DNA of 32,000 nt from a cyanobacterium endosymbiont of Epithemia turgida isolate EtSB Lake Yunoko (GCF_000829235.1 NZ_AP012549.1:750001-782000); one strand, 5' to 3'. Numbered from the stretch's first letter, positions 20,270 through 30,665 are shown. Notes: generated by a model not told the origin, from the letters alone. Translations and numbers: made by a program.

Positions 20270-20604
20270 TCACTAAGTCCTTCAGCAATTATGTGAAATT
20301 ATTATATTTATAGCAAAAAAATATTAGGTAATCTTGACTTACTTTTTTAGTAGGTTACAAGTTTTAATCGAGTTAAAGTTAATAATAGTTTAAAAATTAA
20401 CTGATAACCAGGATTATCTTCAAAGATAATTATATATTATAGTTAATTATAATTATACTTTAGAGCATTTTAATAAACCTTATTCACCTTATTTTTAAAT
20501 ATCTTTGAGCATTACTGAACAATTTTAAGTTAGTTCAATGTATAGTCACCACTTTATTCATTCCAGAGAATTTATATTTTACGTAATTTGTCAATATATA
20601 ACTT

Positions 20605-21600
20605 CTACTCTCTAATAATCTTAGTCAATGCTTTTTCAATAACCTTAACATCTGCCCCAGGTAAGTGAGTATTCTCATTAATATATTGTTTCCAAGCTTT
20701 CGTCCCTGGAATACCTCCAAAAATGGCTAGTAAATGACGACTAATACTATGAAGTTTCAGTCCATTATTACTCCAATAATCAATATAAGGAAACATTCTT
20801 TCAATAATTTCATGACGTGTTAAGGGGGTAACTATTTCTCCATAAATATCCCGATCTACTGTAGCAAATAAATAAGGATTATTATATGCTGCTCGACCAA
20901 TCATAACTCCATCTACAAATCGTAAATGTTGTTTTATTTTCTCTAGAGTAATAATCCCCCCATTAATCTCAATAGAAAGCTGAGGAAACTGTTTCTTCAG
21001 GCGATAAACATCATCATATCTTAAGGGAGGAAGAGTGCGATTTTCCTTGGGACTTAATCCTCTTAACCAAGCTTTGCGAGCGTGTACTATAAACCGTTGA
21101 CATCCTGTTTCTGAAACGATACGAACAAAGTTAGCAAGATCTTCATAGCGATCACACTCATCAATTCCAATACGATGCTTCACTGTTACGGGAATATGAA
21201 CCCGTTTTTGCATTGCTTCAACACAGTTTGCTACTAATCCTGGTTGTGCCATCAAACAAACTCCAAAGTTACCACTTTGGACACGATTGCTCGGACAACC
21301 TACATTCAAGTTAACTTCATCGTACCCTAAGTCTTCAGCAATAACTGTACATTCTGCTAATTCTTGCGGACTGTCTCCTCCTAATTGCAAAGAGAGAGGT
21401 TTTTCTTCAGGTGAGAAATCCAGTAACTTAGAGCGATCACCGTATTGAATGGCCGCTGTTGTAATCATCTCCGTATAGAGTAGAGTATGACGAGTAATCT
21501 GACGCATAAAATAACGGAAGTGGCGATCAGTAAGATCCATCATCGGTGCTATACTGAGCGGGTATCCTGAAGGCTTCTGATTTATGAAATTAAAAGTCAT
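20605..21600 (-). CDS. dusA: tRNA-dihydrouridine(20/20a) synthase DusA
   Basis: The 331-aa product has the DusA-type N-terminus LSIAPMMDLTDRHFRYFMRQITRHTLLYTEMITT. FMN-binding TIM-barrel motifs follow (LNVGCPS, VKHRIG, INGGI). Confidence 0.9.
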   Translation of the reverse strand: MTFNFINQKPSGYPLSIAPMMDLTDRHFRYFMRQITRHTLLYTEMITTAAIQYGDRSKLLDFSPEEKPLSLQLGGDSPQELAECTVIAEDLGYDEVNLNVGCPSNRVQSGNFGVCLMAQPGLVANCVEAMQKRVHIPVTVKHRIGIDECDRYEDLANFVRIVSETGCQRFIVHARKAWLRGLSPKENRTLPPLRYDDVYRLKKQFPQLSIEINGGIITLEKIKQHLRFVDGVMIGRAAYNNPYLFATVDRDIYGEIVTPLTRHEIIERMFPYIDYWSNNGLKLHSISRHLLAIFGGIPGTKAWKQYINENTHLPGADVKVIEKALTKIIRE

Positions 21601-22555
21601 TGGACTAGTCGATTTTCTGTTCTTAGGTATCTACTGTTGAGTTTTAAATTTATTGAGAAAACTAATTGGTCACTTTAGTATTGCTTTCTTATTTTAAACG
21701 TTTTACTGTTCGCTATAATAAACTAACTAGTAATTTATTTAAAACTAAATAACATTATTTTTTTACATTTATTGCTTCTTGATTAAGAAGACATAACTCA
21801 TCCAAATTAATACAACAGTGTCACCTAGTTTATATGTGGGTTAATTTTTTAGAAAAAAATATCTTAGTTAGACTTTAAGTTGGTTTAATTAAATTTATTT
21901 TTATATTAACTAAATGAAATATTATCCATTTGATTTTTATTAAAAATATAAATAATATCTTTTTTTCTAGATATCAGAAAACCTTTTGACAAAAATATAG
22001 TTTTATCACTTTTTTTGAAATCAAGTAAGTTACGATTACAGACTAGAAACTGATATTATTGCAATCCTTATATTATACTTTAATTATTTGTAAATTTTAT
22101 TTTTTAGGTTACGTCAGCAAGAAACTTAAACTATTGATACGAAAAAAAATCTCAAGTTTGATTTAATTAATATAACGTATATATAAAATTTTCTAGTATT
22201 TATTAGACTAATTTACAATGATTCAAAACTTAGAATAATAGAGATTTTATGGATACTAAAATATTTGATGAACTAAAAAAAAAATTAATGTAAAAAATTT
22301 TTATATTCAAAGTACTTGCTAGTAGTAGAAAGTATTATTTATGCTTTGCTGGTGATAGATGAAGATAATTATAATGAGAAAAATGACATCCACAACAGGG
22401 TCTTAATTATTGGTATAAATATACTAATACCGTACAATACAGTAAGCTGGATAGAATAACAACTATTCATTAGAAGTATCTATTGTCAATTCAGTTCGGT
22501 AGATTTAATAAACAGATAAAAGATGTAAAATAAGCAGTGGTTATATTACTATGAT

Positions 22556-22582
22556 CAAACTTTAAAGTATCTTTAAAGTTTG
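22556..22582. repeat. perfect 12-bp-stem inverted repeat with a 3-nt loop, function unknown
   Basis: CAAACTTTAAAG (22556..22567), loop TAT, CTTTAAAGTTTG (22571..22582). Confidence 0.8.
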
Positions 22583-24176
22583 TCTACGCCTTAGTCTTCA
22601 AACAAGAAGTATTAGAAGTATTTGACAAAAAATACTAAGCAGAAGAAATTAAAACAATGTTTGATTAATATTTTATTTTTAATCATAGCTACAGAGTTAA
22701 TTTTAGAGTGTTAAAACTATTATGATATATTTTTATTTTTTATGGTTTTATGTTTATTGCTTTTAACAAATATAGAGACAGAGTTTAAATTACAAATAAT
22801 AAATTGTTCCAAAGCTATAGTTATAAGATAAATTGTTTAATATGAAAGTTTTGATTGATATTAAATTATTATAAATATAATTTATATCTATATTTATTAT
22901 CCACAATTTAGATTATAAATTAGATTAAGCTCTATAACAATTTGCATTAATTGAGGTTGATTTATCAAAAAAATTTATCTCAAAGTTAAATAAGATGTAA
23001 TCAATAGGAAAACACATCAATAAAAAGGACTACTTCTCTTCTTTTTAAAAGAAATTAAATAAATAAAATAAAAAATATCAAAAATTTGTTTATTATCTTA
23101 GCATAGAATATTTAAATAAATAATAGAGATAATACTTAAAAATTAAGATTAAAGATTACAGGAAATAAAATTAAAATAAATACATTATCTAATGATAGTA
23201 AATTTTAGAAAAAAATGATTGTAATAATTTATAGAAACAAAAAAATCTGAAAAAACAGTAAAACGGGAAAAATATTAGGGAAAGAAATTTGGGTTAAAAA
23301 TGAAGATGCTTATATGAAGCATAGAGATGATAGTAGAAGCATACTAAAATTATGGAAGAACATTGTAACTGTAAATAAATCAATCCTACAAAAAGGACTG
23401 CTATTTATAGATCCATTCATCCAAAGAGAACCCGCCTCTTTAGATGATTAGGACAGAAGTGAAGACCAATGGTGTTAGAAGAAGGAATAAAACCATCAAA
23501 AACGATATTGTTTTCATCATAGAAAAGTGAACCAGCTACAGACTTACAAATGTCGTCAGTATCTAGTGAAATAGCTGCGACGGAGTGCTAGCCGTTATAA
23601 AGAGTAGGAGGCACTTAAACACCGAGATAATCTAGATCAAGGTGGTTGTTGGTATTATTGGTTCATTAGCAAAACTGTTTTGTTGTCTTAATGGGATTGA
23701 TACTTGAGACTGCAATCACCTCATAAATAAGGCTTGGCAATCTTGATAACACAACAACTATTGAATTTAGAACTCTCTACGGTTGAATAAATTCTACTCA
23801 GGGGTTGATTTTTATAGGCACTTGCTTGTATGATATACAGTTGTGGCTAAAAAGCATTAATGACTATCGTCATAGCTAATAGCCGTTACCTTAGCTGATA
23901 AGGTATCGTGAGAGCATCCAGCAGCTTAGTGTTGCCAGGCCGCCTTAAAGATACTGAGGACTACAAACTATCCTTAAGTCTTGAGGAGAAAACGGCACCT
24001 TAACCAGGTATATTTAACTGGTTAAACGTATAATCAAGCATCTTCTTGATATACCGAATCTAAGAATGTCACCCAAGATATAGAGAAGTGCAGAGGTATT
24101 CTCTCGCGCCTCCTACCCTGGTTGATCGCTGCTGACCTATTGTCTAAATAATATAATAATGTAGAGGAAAAAATCC

Positions 24177-24815
24177 GTGGCTGTTGGTATCCTCGGAACT
24201 AAGCTCGGTATGACCCAAATCTTCGACCAGGAGACGGGACTCGCAATTCCCGTTACTGTGGTTCAAGCAGGTCCATGTACCGTCACACAAATTAAAACGT
24301 CTGAAACAGATGGATATAGTGCCATCCAGGTTGGATATTCCGAAGTTAAAGAAAAAGCTCTAACCAAAGCTGAATTAGGGCATCTAAAAAAAAATGACGT
24401 ATCGCCTTTGCGTCATTTAAAAGAATATCGACTAGATGATCCCAATCAATATCAGTTAGGGTATGCCATAAAAGCAGATATATTCAACACAGGTGATTTA
24501 GTCGACATCGCCGGGAAAAGTATCGGTCGTGGGTTTGCTGGGTATCAAAAACGTCATAACTTTAAACGGGGAAATATGACCCACGGGTCGAAAAACCATC
24601 GTCTTCCAGGATCCACTGGAGCCGGAACTACTCCAGGAAGAGTTTATCCGGGGAAACGTATGGCAGGACAATATGGTGCAACCCAAGTTACCATCCGCAG
24701 ACTTCAAGTAGTGCAAGTCTATGGTCAACGAAACCTAATACTTGTTAAAGGAGCAATCCCGGGTAAGTCTGGGGCTTTACTTAGTATTACTCCCGCCAAA
24801 AAAGTCGGTAAATAA
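24177..24815 (+). CDS. rplC: 50S ribosomal protein L3
   Basis: [17 protein letters not shown]...[35 protein letters not shown] start, with GAGGAAAAAA upstream. Confidence 0.95.
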   Translation: MAVGILGTKLGMTQIFDQETGLAIPVTVVQAGPCTVTQIKTSETDGYSAIQVGYSEVKEKALTKAELGHLKKNDVSPLRHLKEYRLDDPNQYQLGYAIKADIFNTGDLVDIAGKSIGRGFAGYQKRHNFKRGNMTHGSKNHRLPGSTGAGTTPGRVYPGKRMAGQYGATQVTIRRLQVVQVYGQRNLILVKGAIPGKSGALLSITPAKKVGK

Positions 24816-24832
24816 TCAATCGTGTGTAACAA

Positions 24833-24860
24833 TGACGACCGATAACTGATAACTGAGAGC
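24833..24860 (+). repeat. heptad tandem repeat in the rplC-rplD spacer (TGACGAC CGATAAC TGATAAC TGAGAGC)
   Basis: There are four consecutive heptads at 24833..24860, ending 5 nt before the rplD ATG. Confidence 0.8.
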
Positions 24861-24865
24861 TAAAA

Positions 24866-25498
24866 ATGGTTGATTGTATTATTAAAAACTGGCAAGGAGA
24901 AGAAGTAGGTCAAGCTACCTTGGAGTTAAAGGTGGCTAAAGAAGAAAACGCCGCTCATATAGTTCATCGTGCCTTAGTACGGCAACAGACAAATGTTCGT
25001 CAAGGGACTGCCTCAAGTAAGACTCGTGCTGAAGTTAGAGGAGGTGGACGTAAACCCTGGCGACAAAAAGGAACTGGACGAGCTAGGGCAGGATCTAATC
25101 GTTCGCCATTATGGCGAGGTGGGGGGGTTATTTTTGGACCTAAACCTAAGGACTTTAACCTCAAGATGAACCGCAAAGAGCGTCGGTTAGCCTTGAGAAC
25201 TGCCTTCCAAAGCCGTGCTGAAGACCTAGTGATTGTAGAAAACTTTGCTGCTAACTTTTCTCAACCCAAAACTAAAGAATTAGTTTCGGCTTTGAGCCGT
25301 TGGGGAGTAAAACAAGGTAAACAAGTCATTTTGATCTTGTCGGATATCTCCAATGACGTCTATTTATCCGCCCGTAACGTTCCCTATCTAAAGCTGTTAA
25401 AAGCTGATAGTTTAAATGTTTATGATTTGTTAGTAGCCAAAAAAATTGTTGTTACCCCAGAAGCCTTAAGCAAAATACAGGAGGTTTACAGTGACTGA
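24866..25498 (+). CDS. rplD: 50S ribosomal protein L4
   Basis: The 210-aa product carries [37 protein letters not shown]. Confidence 0.95.
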   Translation: MVDCIIKNWQGEEVGQATLELKVAKEENAAHIVHRALVRQQTNVRQGTASSKTRAEVRGGGRKPWRQKGTGRARAGSNRSPLWRGGGVIFGPKPKDFNLKMNRKERRLALRTAFQSRAEDLVIVENFAANFSQPKTKELVSALSRWGVKQGKQVILILSDISNDVYLSARNVPYLKLLKADSLNVYDLLVAKKIVVTPEALSKIQEVYSD

Positions 25499-25793
25499 CT
25501 ATGACCCCCGCAACTTAGCTGATTTAATTCTTAAGCCAATTGTTACTGAAAAAGCAACCTTACTTTTAGAAGATAATAAATATGTCTTTGAAGTTGCTCT
25601 TAAATCAAATAAGTCCCAAATTAAGGCTGCCATTGAGAGCTTATTTAAGGTCAGCGTCTTGAAGGTTAACACAGCTCGCCCCCCACGCAAAAAAAAGAGA
25701 GTGGGCAAGTTTGTTGGGTATAAGCCTTTATATAAACGTGCGACCGTGACTTTACAAGAGGGGGACTCCATTGTCTTGTTCCCTGATGTCTAA
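25491..25793 (+). CDS. rplW: 50S ribosomal protein L23
   Basis: The 100-aa product reads [24 protein letters not shown]...[21 protein letters not shown] start overlaps the end of rplD by 8 nt. Confidence 0.93.
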   Translation: MTDYDPRNLADLILKPIVTEKATLLLEDNKYVFEVALKSNKSQIKAAIESLFKVSVLKVNTARPPRKKKRVGKFVGYKPLYKRATVTLQEGDSIVLFPDV

Positions 25794-25863
25794 AGAATCA
25801 GTCAATATATATGAAGATATGGAAGAAGGCCTCTGACAAACCAAAATATTTGCTATCAACCGC

Positions 25864-25884
25864 TAACGATTAACTATTAACTAT
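25864..25884 (+). repeat. heptad tandem repeat in the rplW-rplB spacer (TAACGAT TAACTAT TAACTAT)
   Basis: There are three consecutive heptads at 25864..25884, ending 4 nt before the rplB ATG. Confidence 0.85.
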
Positions 25885-25888
25885 CATC

Positions 25889-26719
25889 ATGGGTATTCGT
25901 TCTTATCGGCCTTGTACTCCAGGAACTAGACAAGCGTCTGTCTCGGATTTCTCAGAAATCACCAAAGGTAAGCCGGAAAAATCATTAACCACATCCAAGC
26001 ACAATCCCAAAGGGCGCAATAACCGAGGGGTGATTACCTGTCGTCATCGTGGAGGTGGACATAAGCGTCTTTATCGATTAATAGATTTTCGCCGCGACAA
26101 GTACAATATTCCCGCGAAAGTTGCCGCTATTGAGTACGATCCCAACCGTAATGCCCGTCTTGCTCTTTTATTCTACCAAGATGGGGAAAAAAGGTACATA
26201 TTAGCACCAGCCGGCATCTCTGTTGGAAGCATGGTGGTGTCCGGGGAAAATGCCTCCTTTGAAGTCGGTAATGCCCTACCTCTGATTAGAATTCCTCTAG
26301 GAACCGAAGTTCATAATATTGAACTAGTACCAGGGAAAGGAGGACAAATAGTACGTGCTGCTGGAGGAGCTGCTCAAGTGGTAGCTAAAGAAGGGGATTA
26401 TGTCACTTTAAGATTGCCCTCAAAAGAAGTCCGCATGGTTCGTAAAGAATGTTACGCCACCATTGGTAAAGTGGGCAATATCGAAGCCAGAAACCTCACA
26501 CTTGGAAAAGCCGGACGGACTCGTCATCTCGGACGACGGCCTCACGTTAGAGGAAGTGTCATGAACCCGGTAGATCATCCCCACGGTGGGGGAGAAGGAC
26601 GCGCCCCCATTGGTCGTAGTGGACCAATGACACCCTGGGGTAAGCCTGCATTAGGGGCCAAAACCCGCAATAAGAAAAAACAGAGTTCCAAACTAATTGT
26701 GCGCCGTCGCACGAAATAA
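25889..26719 (+). CDS. rplB: 50S ribosomal protein L2
   Basis: The 276-aa product carries [22 protein letters not shown] and [19 protein letters not shown]. Confidence 0.96.
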   Translation: MGIRSYRPCTPGTRQASVSDFSEITKGKPEKSLTTSKHNPKGRNNRGVITCRHRGGGHKRLYRLIDFRRDKYNIPAKVAAIEYDPNRNARLALLFYQDGEKRYILAPAGISVGSMVVSGENASFEVGNALPLIRIPLGTEVHNIELVPGKGGQIVRAAGGAAQVVAKEGDYVTLRLPSKEVRMVRKECYATIGKVGNIEARNLTLGKAGRTRHLGRRPHVRGSVMNPVDHPHGGGEGRAPIGRSGPMTPWGKPALGAKTRNKKKQSSKLIVRRRTK

Positions 26720-26782
26720 TTTGCCTGAAAAATGTAATTCCTTTAGGAAATTAATCACTAAATTTTTACCATTGAACTGCTT

Positions 26783-27064
26783 ATGGGTCGCTCTCTTAAA
26801 AAAGGTCCGTTTGTTGCCGATAGTCTTCTCTCTAAAATCGAAAAACTCAACGAAAAAGGACAAAAACAGGTTATTAGAACTTGGTCAAGGGCTTCAACTA
26901 TCGTTCCCCAAATGGTTGGTCATACCATTGCCGTCCACAATGGAAAACAACATGTACCCATTTTTGTATCAGAACAGATGGTGGGACATAAACTGGGAGA
27001 ATTTTCTCCCACCCGAACCTTTAGAGGACACGCCAAAAGCGATAAAAAATCGGGTCGTCGATAA
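26783..27064 (+). CDS. rpsS: 30S ribosomal protein S19
   Basis: [23 protein letters not shown]...[36 protein letters not shown]. Confidence 0.96.
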   Translation: MGRSLKKGPFVADSLLSKIEKLNEKGQKQVIRTWSRASTIVPQMVGHTIAVHNGKQHVPIFVSEQMVGHKLGEFSPTRTFRGHAKSDKKSGRR

Positions 27065-27073
27065 CCAAACTAG

Positions 27074-27114
27074 TAGTCAATAGTCAAAAGCTATTAACTA
27101 TTAACTATTAACTA
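27074..27114 (+). repeat. heptad tandem repeats in the rpsS-rplV spacer (TAGTCAA x2, then CTATTAA x3)
   Basis: TAGTCAATAGTCAA lies at 27074..27087, and CTATTAACTATTAACTATTAACTA at 27091..27114. The second block is followed directly by AAAAAAATG, the rplV start. Confidence 0.85.
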
Positions 27115-27119
27115 AAAAA

Positions 27120-27482
27120 ATGACAGTTGATACGACAGTAGAAGTAAAAGCGCTTGCTCGTTACATCCGAATGTCACCAGCAAAAGTGCGGCGGGTATTG
27201 GCTCAAATTCGTGGGCGTTCCTACCGGGAAGCTCTAATTATTCTTGAATTCATGCCCTATAGGGCTTGTGAGCCTATTCTCAAGGTCCTGCGTTCAGCCG
27301 CAGCTAATGCAGAACATAACCAAGGGTTAGATCGGGCAACTTTAGTAGTCAGTAAAGCCTACGCTGATGGCGGGCCAAGCCTAAAACGCTACCGACCTAG
27401 AGCTCAAGGGCGAGCTTATCAAATTCGCAAACCCACTTGTCACATTACGGTTGCCGTCGCACCCAATGCAGCAGAAAACTAA
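27120..27482 (+). CDS. rplV: 50S ribosomal protein L22
   Basis: The 120-aa product reads [37 protein letters not shown]... Confidence 0.95.
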   Translation: MTVDTTVEVKALARYIRMSPAKVRRVLAQIRGRSYREALIILEFMPYRACEPILKVLRSAAANAEHNQGLDRATLVVSKAYADGGPSLKRYRPRAQGRAYQIRKPTCHITVAVAPNAAEN

Positions 27483-27518
27483 CGAAAACCCTTAATACTT
27501 TCCTCCTTTTACCTCAAT

Positions 27519-28244
27519 ATGGGACAAAAGATACATCCAATCGGGTTTCGTCTCGGTGTTACCAAAGAACATAAATCCTGTTGGTACGCTGATGCTAAAC
27601 ACTACCCAGAACTATTACAAGAAGATCGCCAAGTTCGCGATTATATCACTAAAAATCTTAGTAATGCCGGTATTTCTAGCATTCGTATCGAGCGCAAAGC
27701 TGATCAGATCGACCTCGCTATTCATACAGCACGACCAGGAGTTGTCGTTGGGCGAGGAGGTAGTGGTATAGAGCAACTACGTGTTGGCTTACAACAGGAA
27801 TTAGGCGGTAACCGTCAAATTCGCATCAATGTTATAGAAGTATCGCGAGTCGATGCTGACGCAGCTTTGATTGCTGAATATATTACCCAACAGCTTGAGC
27901 GAAGAGTTTCCTTCCGTCGTGTTGTCCGTCAAGCCATTCAACGGGCACAACGAGCGGAAGTAAAAGGCATAAAAATTCAAGTAGGAGGTCGCCTCAACGG
28001 AGCAGAAATTGCCCGGACTGAATGGGTGAGGGAAGGAAGAGTTCCTTTGCATACTCTCCGAGCCGATATTGACTATTCCTACCGCACCGCCCAAACCATC
28101 TATGGCATATTAGGGGTTAAGGTTTGGATATTCAAAGGAGAAATCATTCCTGGTCAAGAAGAACAACCTGTTCCCATGCCGACTCAGGCGCCCCGTCGTC
28201 AACGTCGCCGTCAACAATTTGAAGATCGCTCAAATGAAGAGTAA
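27519..28244 (+). CDS. rpsC: 30S ribosomal protein S3
   Basis: [24 protein letters not shown]..., with a KH domain [11 protein letters not shown] and a basic C-terminal tail. Confidence 0.96.
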   Translation: MGQKIHPIGFRLGVTKEHKSCWYADAKHYPELLQEDRQVRDYITKNLSNAGISSIRIERKADQIDLAIHTARPGVVVGRGGSGIEQLRVGLQQELGGNRQIRINVIEVSRVDADAALIAEYITQQLERRVSFRRVVRQAIQRAQRAEVKGIKIQVGGRLNGAEIARTEWVREGRVPLHTLRADIDYSYRTAQTIYGILGVKVWIFKGEIIPGQEEQPVPMPTQAPRRQRRRQQFEDRSNEE

Positions 28245-28295
28245 GTTAACAAAAATTAAGTAAATATAGTCAATAGTGAATTATTTAATGGTTAT

Positions 28296-28316
28296 TAACG
28301 ACTAACTATGAACTTA
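28296..28316 (+). repeat. heptad tandem repeat in the rpsC-rplP spacer (TAACGAC TAACTAT GAACTTA)
   Basis: There are three heptads at 28296..28316, and ATAGTCA ATAGTGA lies at 28266..28279 in the same spacer. Confidence 0.75.
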
Positions 28317-28331
28317 TAGCGGATAATTACA

Positions 28332-28751
28332 ATGCTTAGTCCTAGAAGAACTAAATTTCGGAAACAGCAGCGAGGGCGAATGAGGGGAATGGCCTATCGA
28401 GGTAATACCCTTAACTTTGGTGAATATGCCCTACAAGCCACTGAGCCCTGTTGGATTACCTCTCGTCAAATTGAAGCTGCTCGACGCGCCATGACCCGTC
28501 ATATCAAAAGGGGTGGGAAAATCTGGATTAGGATTTTTCCCGATAAACCTGTTACTATGCGCCCCGCAGAGACTCGAATGGGATCGGGTAAAGGCAATCC
28601 AGAATACTGGGTTGCAGTGGTTAAACCTGGTCGAATAATGTTCGAATTATCGGGAGTGACTGAATCCATTGCGCGAGAAGCCATGCGGTTAGCAGACCAA
28701 AAATTGCCAATTAAAACGAAGTTTATAACTAAAGAGGAGGAATACACCTAA
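28332..28751 (+). CDS. rplP: 50S ribosomal protein L16
   Basis: [36 protein letters not shown]... Confidence 0.96.
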   Translation: MLSPRRTKFRKQQRGRMRGMAYRGNTLNFGEYALQATEPCWITSRQIEAARRAMTRHIKRGGKIWIRIFPDKPVTMRPAETRMGSGKGNPEYWVAVVKPGRIMFELSGVTESIAREAMRLADQKLPIKTKFITKEEEYT

Positions 28752-28755
28752 GATT

Positions 28756-29010
28756 ATGCCCCTACCTAAGATAGAAAATGCAAGAAAGCTCAACGATGAA
28801 GAACTGGTTGATGAAATTTTAGCTGCCAAGCGTCAATTATTTAACCTGAGATTTCAGCAAGCAACCCGCCGCTTAGAAAAACCCCATGAATTTAAGCATG
28901 TACGCCATAGTTTAGCGCAACTTCTCACCGTGGAGCGGGAACGTCAGATTCGGGTAGGTAATTCAAATATACTACCAAAGTTAGAGTCCACGGCAACTAA
29001 AATCTCATAA
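28756..29010 (+). CDS. rpmC: 50S ribosomal protein L29
   Basis: LNDEELVDEILAAKRQLFNLRFQQATRRLEKPHEFKHVRHSLAQLLTVERE. GAGGAGG lies upstream. Confidence 0.9.
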   Translation: MPLPKIENARKLNDEELVDEILAAKRQLFNLRFQQATRRLEKPHEFKHVRHSLAQLLTVERERQIRVGNSNILPKLESTATKIS

Positions 29011-29040
29011 TCAACCTTAGAGGAGGAATCAGAGTAAACT

Positions 29041-29283
29041 ATGGCAGTGAAAGAAAGAGTAGGAGTTGTCGTCAGTGACAAAATGAACAAAACCGTTGTT
29101 GTTGCTATTGAGAACCGTTCTCCTCACCCAAAATATCGAAAAATTATCGTGAAAACGAAAAAATTTAAAGTTCACGACGAAGAAAACCAATGTCAAGAAG
29201 GCGATAGAGTTCGCATTCGAGAAACAAGACCTCTCAGCAAAACCAAACGCTGGGTAGTTGCAGAAATTTTAACGTCCCATTAG
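29041..29283 (+). CDS. rpsQ: 30S ribosomal protein S17
   Basis: [46 protein letters not shown]...RW. GAGGAGG lies upstream. Confidence 0.95.
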   Translation: MAVKERVGVVVSDKMNKTVVVAIENRSPHPKYRKIIVKTKKFKVHDEENQCQEGDRVRIRETRPLSKTKRWVVAEILTSH

Positions 29284-29299
29284 TTCTTTTGTTAGCCCT

Positions 29300-29668
29300 G
29301 TGATTCAACAGCAAACTTATCTAAATGTCGCTGATAATAGTGGCGCTCGCAAGTTAATGTGTTTGCGAGTCTTAGGAACTGGAAACAGTACCTACGGCAG
29401 GATTGGCGATGTCATTATTGCTGTCGTCAAAGACGCCATCCCTAACATGCCAATCAAACGGTCTGATATTGTCAGAGCCGTTATTGTGCGGACTCGTCAA
29501 GCACAAAAACGGGCAACCGGTATGAGTATTCGATTTGACGACAATGCCGCTGTTATCGTCAATGACGATGGTAATCCGAGAGGAACCCGTGTTTTTGGAC
29601 CAGTTGCGCGGGAACTGCGCGATAAAAACTTTACCAAAATCATTTCTCTGGCTCCGGAGGTAATCTAA
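29300..29668 (+). CDS. rplN: 50S ribosomal protein L14
   Basis: [26 protein letters not shown]... 122 aa, GTG start. Confidence 0.96.
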   Translation: MIQQQTYLNVADNSGARKLMCLRVLGTGNSTYGRIGDVIIAVVKDAIPNMPIKRSDIVRAVIVRTRQAQKRATGMSIRFDDNAAVIVNDDGNPRGTRVFGPVARELRDKNFTKIISLAPEVI

Positions 29669-30019
29669 ATGAGTAATAAAAAAAACCAAAAGCTCCAACG
29701 GTATAGAATGCACCTCAAAACAGGCGACACCGTTCAAGTGATTTCTGGTCGAGATAAAGGAAAGGTTGGGCAAATTATTAAAACCAATCCCAAGACCAGT
29801 AAAGTCCTTATTCAAGGAGTTAATGTGAGAACAAAGCACGTTAAATCTCGGCAGGAAGGAGAATCTGGGCAAATTACTACTTTTGAAGCCCCGATTCACA
29901 GTTCTAACGTTATGTTGTATTCCACCAAAGAAAAAGTTGCCAGCCGAATTTGTTACACCTTCACAGAAGAGGGACGTAAAGTACGGATGCTTAAGAAAAC
30001 TGGGGAAATTATTGACTAA
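29669..30019 (+). CDS. rplX: 50S ribosomal protein L24
   Basis: The KOW motif reads [22 protein letters not shown]. The ATG directly abuts the rplN stop codon. Confidence 0.95.
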   Translation: MSNKKNQKLQRYRMHLKTGDTVQVISGRDKGKVGQIIKTNPKTSKVLIQGVNVRTKHVKSRQEGESGQITTFEAPIHSSNVMLYSTKEKVASRICYTFTEEGRKVRMLKKTGEIID

Positions 30020-30122
30020 GATGAGGAAAAATCGATTATCATCCCTGGATAGTTAACCCGTTCCTTAATTAATGATCAATTCCTTCCCTGACCAAGCCCA
30101 GGGAAATGAAGGATAAAATACC

Positions 30123-30665
30123 ATGACTCAACGCCTGAAAATTTTTTATCAAAACACCATTGTCCCAAAACTCAAAGAACAGTTTGGGTACAAAAATCTT
30201 CATCAAGTTCCTAAAGTAGTTAAAATCACCGTCAATAGAGGATTAGGAGAGGCATCTCAAAATGCTAAAGCTCTAGAATCTTCCATTAGTGAACTGTCTA
30301 CTATCACCGGACAAAAACCCGTTGTTACCCGAGCGAAAAAAGCAATCGCTGGCTTTAAAATTCGTGAAGGAATGCCTGTCGGGGTCATGGTTACCCTGCG
30401 GTCAGAGCGAATGTATTCCTTCTTGGATCGTCTGATTAACCTAGCTTTGCCTCGGATTCGAGACTTTCGTGGTATCAGTGATAAAAGCTTCGATGGGCGA
30501 GGTAACTATAGTTTAGGAATCCGCGAACAACTTATCTTTCCTGAAATTGACTATGACGCCATCGACCAAATTCGGGGGATGGATGTCTCAATTATTACTA
30601 CAGCAAAGACTGATGAAGAAGGACTCACTTTACTCAGAGAAATGGGAATGCCCTTCCGCAAGTAG
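30123..30665 (+). CDS. rplE: 50S ribosomal protein L5
   Basis: [28 protein letters not shown]...[30 protein letters not shown]. Confidence 0.96.
   Translation: MTQRLKIFYQNTIVPKLKEQFGYKNLHQVPKVVKITVNRGLGEASQNAKALESSISELSTITGQKPVVTRAKKAIAGFKIREGMPVGVMVTLRSERMYSFLDRLINLALPRIRDFRGISDKSFDGRGNYSLGIREQLIFPEIDYDAIDQIRGMDVSIITTAKTDEEGLTLLREMGMPFRK

Noticed and set aside
12682-24176. AT-rich repeats in the deserts, considered as possible CRISPR arrays, tRNA genes or transposon ends.
   Set aside because: I saw no regularly spaced direct repeats of 25 to 40 nt, no tRNA T-arm/acceptor signatures, no transposase-like frames and no matching terminal inverted repeats. The inverted repeats found are local hairpins of unrelated sequence.
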